A DNA stretch of 64,000 nucleotides from Nitrospirales bacterium (GTDB lineage Bacteria > Nitrospirota > Nitrospiria > Nitrospirales > UBA8639), in the NCBI GenBank assembly GCA_965223295.1, contig CBDCWC010000003.1, positions 576,001 through 640,000 on the forward strand. The letters are read 5' to 3'. The position numbers were made by a program, and so were the translations under genes. Numbering within the stretch: the stretch's first letter is position 1; each line of letters opens with the position of its first letter. Positions 59,652 to 64,000 of this stretch are shown here, one piece after another. The notes below the pieces were generated by a model. That model ran no database searches and was not told the origin of the DNA. It was given only the letters and a program-made list of their open reading frames with translations.

Positions 59652-60755
59652 ATGTTTCAGAAAATCAAAATGACAAACCTGTTAGCATGCGCAATCTTGA
59701 CGGTCGTTTTCTTTGATCTTTCTTCCCTAGCATGGGCAACTGATTCAAAAACGAAGTCGGCAGAGAAACCCCAACCCGAACCACATCTTGCCAACATTCA
59801 GCAACTCACCTTTTCCGGAAAAAACGCTGAAGCCTATTTCTCCCCCGACGGCTACAAACTCGTGTTCCAATCAACGTTAGAACCCGACGGCAAAACCTTA
59901 CGATCCTGCTACCAGATTTACACCATGAATCTTGACGGTTCGAACGTCCGTCGAGTCAGTACCGGTCTTGGCGGTACCACCTGCGGTTATTTTTTTCCGG
60001 GAAGTCGACGAGTCCTCTTTTCCTCCACCCATTTCAATGGTATGCACTGCCCGCCAAAACTTCCACGAACCAAACACTACCGATGGGCCCTAGATAATTA
60101 CGACATTTTTTCTATGAATATCGCCGGAACTGATTTACAACGCTTAACCTCAACACCAGGATACGATGCGGAAGCCACCATTGCCCCAAACGGACGGATT
60201 ATGGTGTTTACTTCCATTCGAGATGGCGACTTGGATCTCTACTCGATGAATGTCGATGGCAGAGACGTCAAACGATTAACAAAAGAGATAGGCTACGATG
60301 GCGGGGCGTTTTTTTCTCCAGACAGCAAGCGTATCGTCTATCGAGCTCATCATCCTCAAGCTAAAGACGAAGTAAAAGCCTACCGTGACTTATTAGCTCA
60401 AAACCAAGTTGAGCCCTCTCGTTTGGAAATTTTTGTAATGAATGCAGATGGCTCTAACAAAACCCAGGTCACGGACAATGGGCGATCCAACTTTGCGCCA
60501 TACTTCTTTCCAGACGGCAAGCGCATCATCTATTCTTCGAATCTCGCCACTCCACTCGATCATCAAGGACGCCCATCATTTCATCTTCATACGATTGAAG
60601 ACGATAGCACCAAGCCTGAACAAATTACCTTTAACGGAAACTTTAATAGTTTTCCCATGTTCTCCCCGGATGGCAAACAACTGGTCTGGTCCTCAGACCG
60701 CAATGCCACCAACAAAGGAGAATTCAATATTTTTATCGCCGATTGGGTTCCTTAA
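59652..60755 (+). CDS. TolB-like beta-propeller (PD40 repeats), exported
   Basis: Repeats EAYFSPDG, GYDAEAT, GYDGGAFFSPDS, FAPYFFPDG, FPMFSPDG. Confidence 0.88.
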   Translation: MFQKIKMTNLLACAILTVVFFDLSSLAWATDSKTKSAEKPQPEPHLANIQQLTFSGKNAEAYFSPDGYKLVFQSTLEPDGKTLRSCYQIYTMNLDGSNVRRVSTGLGGTTCGYFFPGSRRVLFSSTHFNGMHCPPKLPRTKHYRWALDNYDIFSMNIAGTDLQRLTSTPGYDAEATIAPNGRIMVFTSIRDGDLDLYSMNVDGRDVKRLTKEIGYDGGAFFSPDSKRIVYRAHHPQAKDEVKAYRDLLAQNQVEPSRLEIFVMNADGSNKTQVTDNGRSNFAPYFFPDGKRIIYSSNLATPLDHQGRPSFHLHTIEDDSTKPEQITFNGNFNSFPMFSPDGKQLVWSSDRNATNKGEFNIFIADWVP

Positions 60756-60830
60756 ATTTTGCCTCGCCCCCAAGTGGCGAGGTGAGGGTGAGCGGAAGGA
60801 TTAAGAAAAACTCAAAGGCACCAATTCATC

Positions 60831-61931
60831 GTGACTAGCCACCCACCTTTGCCTAAGTCACCCGCTTCTCTCATCATCGAAAAACATGCCTCAAGCTTAA
60901 TAATCGCACTCTCTCTCCTTCTGTTCCTCGGGTTGTTTATTGCCATGGGACAAGTGGACCATCCCACCCTCGACATCGTCCATGGCTTTACAGACCCGCT
61001 AGTCGATGAAATTGGCGACATTGGAAATGAACTAGGAGACGGCCTCACGTTAGTTTTCATTTCCTTAGCTATTGGTGGAGTTGGGCTGTGGCTCAATGCA
61101 GAACGCTGGAAATACGCCGGCCTCTTTTCGTTACTCGCACATGGAATCAGCGGGTTAATCACACAAATTCTCAAACATAGTCTCAGTCGTCCCCGGCCAC
61201 GACTGATGGATACCACGTCATGGGAAATCGGCCCAACGTTAGAAAGTGGCCTAGATTCTTTTCCTTCAGGCCACACTTCCGGATCATTTTCCGTCGCAAT
61301 GATTTTCGCGTATTACTTCCCCAAAGGACGACTCGTCTGGTTTGGACTGGCTAGCTTTGTTGCTCTATGTCGCGTGATTAAGGGTTCGCACTTTCCAACA
61401 GATGTACTGGGAGGTCTATTAGTCGGCATTGGAACCGGATTGGTCTTGGTCTACTCCCGCGACACCTGGAAGGAAGCGACGACACAAACATTGGCAAAAG
61501 GCCTCCCCTGGCTCATCGCAGCCTTTGGCTTCTTCTGGATTCTCATTCCTCATCCAGGCATTGAACTGGAACCAGACTTTTCGCTCGTCATTGGCCTCAT
61601 TATGATCATGGCAGGATTGGGACTTCGCCTATGGTGGATACGGGAATGTTCAATCAAAGATTCTCACTCTAGTTTAAGCGTACCAATCTGGCCCCGCCTT
61701 CTCATGGGTCTCGGCCTAGCCATAACTACAGGCAGTCTCATTGTCCTAGGAGTCAGCCTCTTAGCGAGTATCATCTGGTGGATTGCAAGCCAGCCTCGTT
61801 CTTCTTCTCACGCAAAAATAGCCGAATCCCCCCTGTTCATTTCTCATCCTATTGGAAATGAAGCAATCTTAGGATTCTGCATGATGACTATGGCTTTACT
61901 TGTTTTCTCCTTTCGACTCAATACTCTCTAA
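60831..61931 (+). CDS. PAP2 family membrane phosphatase
   Basis: K....RPRP, SFPSGH, RVIKGSHFPTDV. Confidence 0.88.
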   Translation: MTSHPPLPKSPASLIIEKHASSLIIALSLLLFLGLFIAMGQVDHPTLDIVHGFTDPLVDEIGDIGNELGDGLTLVFISLAIGGVGLWLNAERWKYAGLFSLLAHGISGLITQILKHSLSRPRPRLMDTTSWEIGPTLESGLDSFPSGHTSGSFSVAMIFAYYFPKGRLVWFGLASFVALCRVIKGSHFPTDVLGGLLVGIGTGLVLVYSRDTWKEATTQTLAKGLPWLIAAFGFFWILIPHPGIELEPDFSLVIGLIMIMAGLGLRLWWIRECSIKDSHSSLSVPIWPRLLMGLGLAITTGSLIVLGVSLLASIIWWIASQPRSSSHAKIAESPLFISHPIGNEAILGFCMMTMALLVFSFRLNTL

Positions 61932-62021
61932 GACACCCGATCATTAGGTACAGATGGATAAATTGGTCAGTCAACCGAAAAATTGCTGACTCACTCAGCT
62001 TTCTAATGACATCAACAACAT

Positions 62022-62209
62022 GGGTCTGTTGAAAAAAGCCGCAGCGGCGTTCCCTGCCTTCGCCGGGCCTACTTCGCCACAGTGACTGCGAAGGCTGAAA
62101 GCGGCTTCGCACTGGCGAGCGGACTTTTTTTGAACAGCCCAAGGCCTCTGACATGTGACGTCGTAGAGACGAAATTTGCCTGTTGATATCATCATTATTC
62201 AACAGCACC
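62022..62209. repeat. MITE-like element, subtype 2, with tail
   Basis: gggtctgttgaaaaaagcc...tttttttgaacagccc plus tail ending ttcaacagcacc. Confidence 0.85.
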
Positions 62210-62466
62210 AACATTTAAAATACGAGACTTTGCGCACCTCGTTTCTTTTTTCCTTACATGATAGAATTACTTAACCTAGGCCGGTAGATACTGCCAAATG
62301 ATATGAGAAAAGAACCATTCTCATTTCTCTTTTTTGATTTCATGAAACATTCCTCATCAATTTCTTTGAATAGATAGATCGAAGCCTTGCAATGGGTCTT
62401 CCTTCGCGGCCTTGTGTTTTCTACAGCTTATTTTTTACCAAGCCTCTCACATAAAAATCGGCTGAG

Positions 62467-63099
62467 ATGTCCCAAAAACGAACCTATGAAGAATTACAGA
62501 AACAGGTTGAGGAACTCACAGAGAGAGTTCAGAAAGCTGAGGAATTTTGTAAGAACGCTTTTGAGAAAAACCACTCCATCATGCTTCTTATTCACCCAAA
62601 GAATGGGAAGATTCTCGACGCAAATATTGCAGCACGCGAATTTTACGGATATACCAAAGATGAGCTCATGGATATGACAATTATGAACATCAATACACTG
62701 CCAGAAAAAAAAGTTTCTGAAAAGATGCAACAAGCAAAACAGAGGAAACAAAAGCACTTCAACTTTTCCCATAAACTGGCTAGTGGAGAACTCAAAGAGG
62801 TTGAAGTGTTTAGCGGACCTATCACAATAGACAAGGAAGAGGTGTTATATTCAATTGTTCATGATGTTTCTAAACGGAGAAAATATGAAAAAGAGAGAGA
62901 AGTCCTTATTGGAAAACTCGAACAAGCCCTGACTGAAATCAAGACCTTACGCGGTATATTGCCTATCTGCTCGTCTTGCAAAAAAATTCGAGACGACAAG
63001 GGATATTGGAATATTTTGGAAACCTATATCCGGCAGCATTCAGAAGCAGAATTTACTCATGGAATTTGCCCAGAGTGTACAAAACATTTATATGTATAA
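62467..63099 (+). CDS. PAS domain protein with C-terminal Cys-rich (ICxxCKKIR...HGICPEC) domain
   Basis: PAS (DANIAAREFYGY), coiled coil, LRGILPICSSCKKIRDDKGYW...FTHGICPEC. Confidence 0.85.
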   Translation: MSQKRTYEELQKQVEELTERVQKAEEFCKNAFEKNHSIMLLIHPKNGKILDANIAAREFYGYTKDELMDMTIMNINTLPEKKVSEKMQQAKQRKQKHFNFSHKLASGELKEVEVFSGPITIDKEEVLYSIVHDVSKRRKYEKEREVLIGKLEQALTEIKTLRGILPICSSCKKIRDDKGYWNILETYIRQHSEAEFTHGICPECTKHLYV

Positions 63100-64000
63100 G
63101 TCAAAACTTCATCTGACAGACAGCGAGTCCAGGTTGGATTACGCGGCCAACATTTTCTCCTTCGCCAACGTCACACTATCTTCCCACGTTTGTCTTGGCG
63201 TCTTGCCGTAGCACCATCGCCCCGATGTGTCCGTTGCTCATTGTACGTTTGTATCCAGGCATCCAAATCGACCTGTAACTCTTCAAGTGTGTGATAGATC
63301 TTTTTGCAGAATGTCACGCGATAGAACTCATTCAGCAGGGTCTTATGAAACCGTTCGACGATCCCATTGGTTTGTGGACTCTTGGTCTTGGTCCGGGTGT
63401 GATCAATGTTTTCGACGGCCAAATAGAGTTCATACTCATGCCGCTCCGGCGCCCCACAGTATTCGGTGCCTCGATCCGTCAGCACGCGACTTAACAGGAT
63501 TGCATGCTCCGCAAAGAACGGCAGGACACGGTCATTGAGTAAGTCAGCCGCCGTGATGGGTGTTTTCCGATCATAGAGCTTGGCAAAGCCCACCTTGCTA
63601 TAGGTATCGATAAACGTTTGCTGATAAATCCGCCCAACACCCTTGAGTGTGCCCACATAGAAGGTATCCTGGGCGCCACAGTAGCCCGGACATTCACTCT
63701 CAAACTCCCCATGAGCTTCTTTGTCAGCCTTTGCTTTCTCCAACGCCACGACTTGGGCATCGGTTAAGACCAGCCCTTCTTGAGCCACCTTGGCCTCTAG
63801 GGCTTTCAGGCGTTTCCGCATGGTCTCTAAATCATGCCGGAGCCAGATGTATCTCACCCCCGCCGGCGAGAGCGTGATCCCTTCTTTCCGTAACTCATTG
63901 GCCATACGCACTTGGCCCCACGCATGTTGTTCAATGGTCAGGGTAATCAGGGACTCTTCCACTTCCGGGGCGACCCGATTCTTCGCAATGGGCTTCCGCC
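63093..64000 (-). mobile_element. IS481-family element (runs off the window); transposase frameshifted near the C-terminus
   Basis: DDE motifs [26 protein letters not shown]; the alternative frame continues RWCYGKTP...KEKMLAA* to 63139; end tgtataagtcaaaacttcatctgaca (63093-63118). Confidence 0.9.

Noticed and set aside
7575-62209. CRISPR array
   Set aside because: The repeats are dispersed palindromic elements, not regularly spaced direct repeats, and no cas genes are present.
163-63877. Numerous 60-150 aa antisense or alternate-frame ORFs in the track
   Set aside because: They are shadows of well-supported genes with no motifs of their own.

Overview
Chromosomal window from a diderm bacterium. 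A Pup-proteasome locus together with TolC/OmpA/beta-barrel genes suggests Nitrospirota (inference). Core genes: ftsX(3' end)-envC-ctpA, thiS-thiG-thiE, arc-dop-prcB-prcA-[insert]-pafA-M23-LOG with no pup visible, tolC...macAB, crcB, uvrA, mutM-phoH-ybeY-ftsY. Strongest candidates for undescribed systems: (1) a sigma-54-driven two-gene island at 18.7-20.8 kb between tolC and macAB, encoding a fatty-acyl-reductase-like SDR and a membrane di-iron protein resembling the plant CER1/CER3 N-terminal domain, a possible bacterial alkane/wax module; (2) a four-gene module at 47-52 kb: coiled-coil protein, longin-like/TM/OmpA protein, Rab-like small GTPase and PAS-sigma-54 activator, followed by a candidate envelope/osmotic regulon. 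Also seen: a decayed duplicate of the prcA 3' end flanking a pseudo-ATPase insert, an orphan NrdR/DnaA-box region, an integron-integrase remnant, a nested MITE/REP repeat family (about 10 copies), and a frameshifted IS481 whose end supplies the stop codon of a PAS gene. No rRNA, tRNA or CRISPR array was recognised. All calls come from motif reading only; no searches were run.
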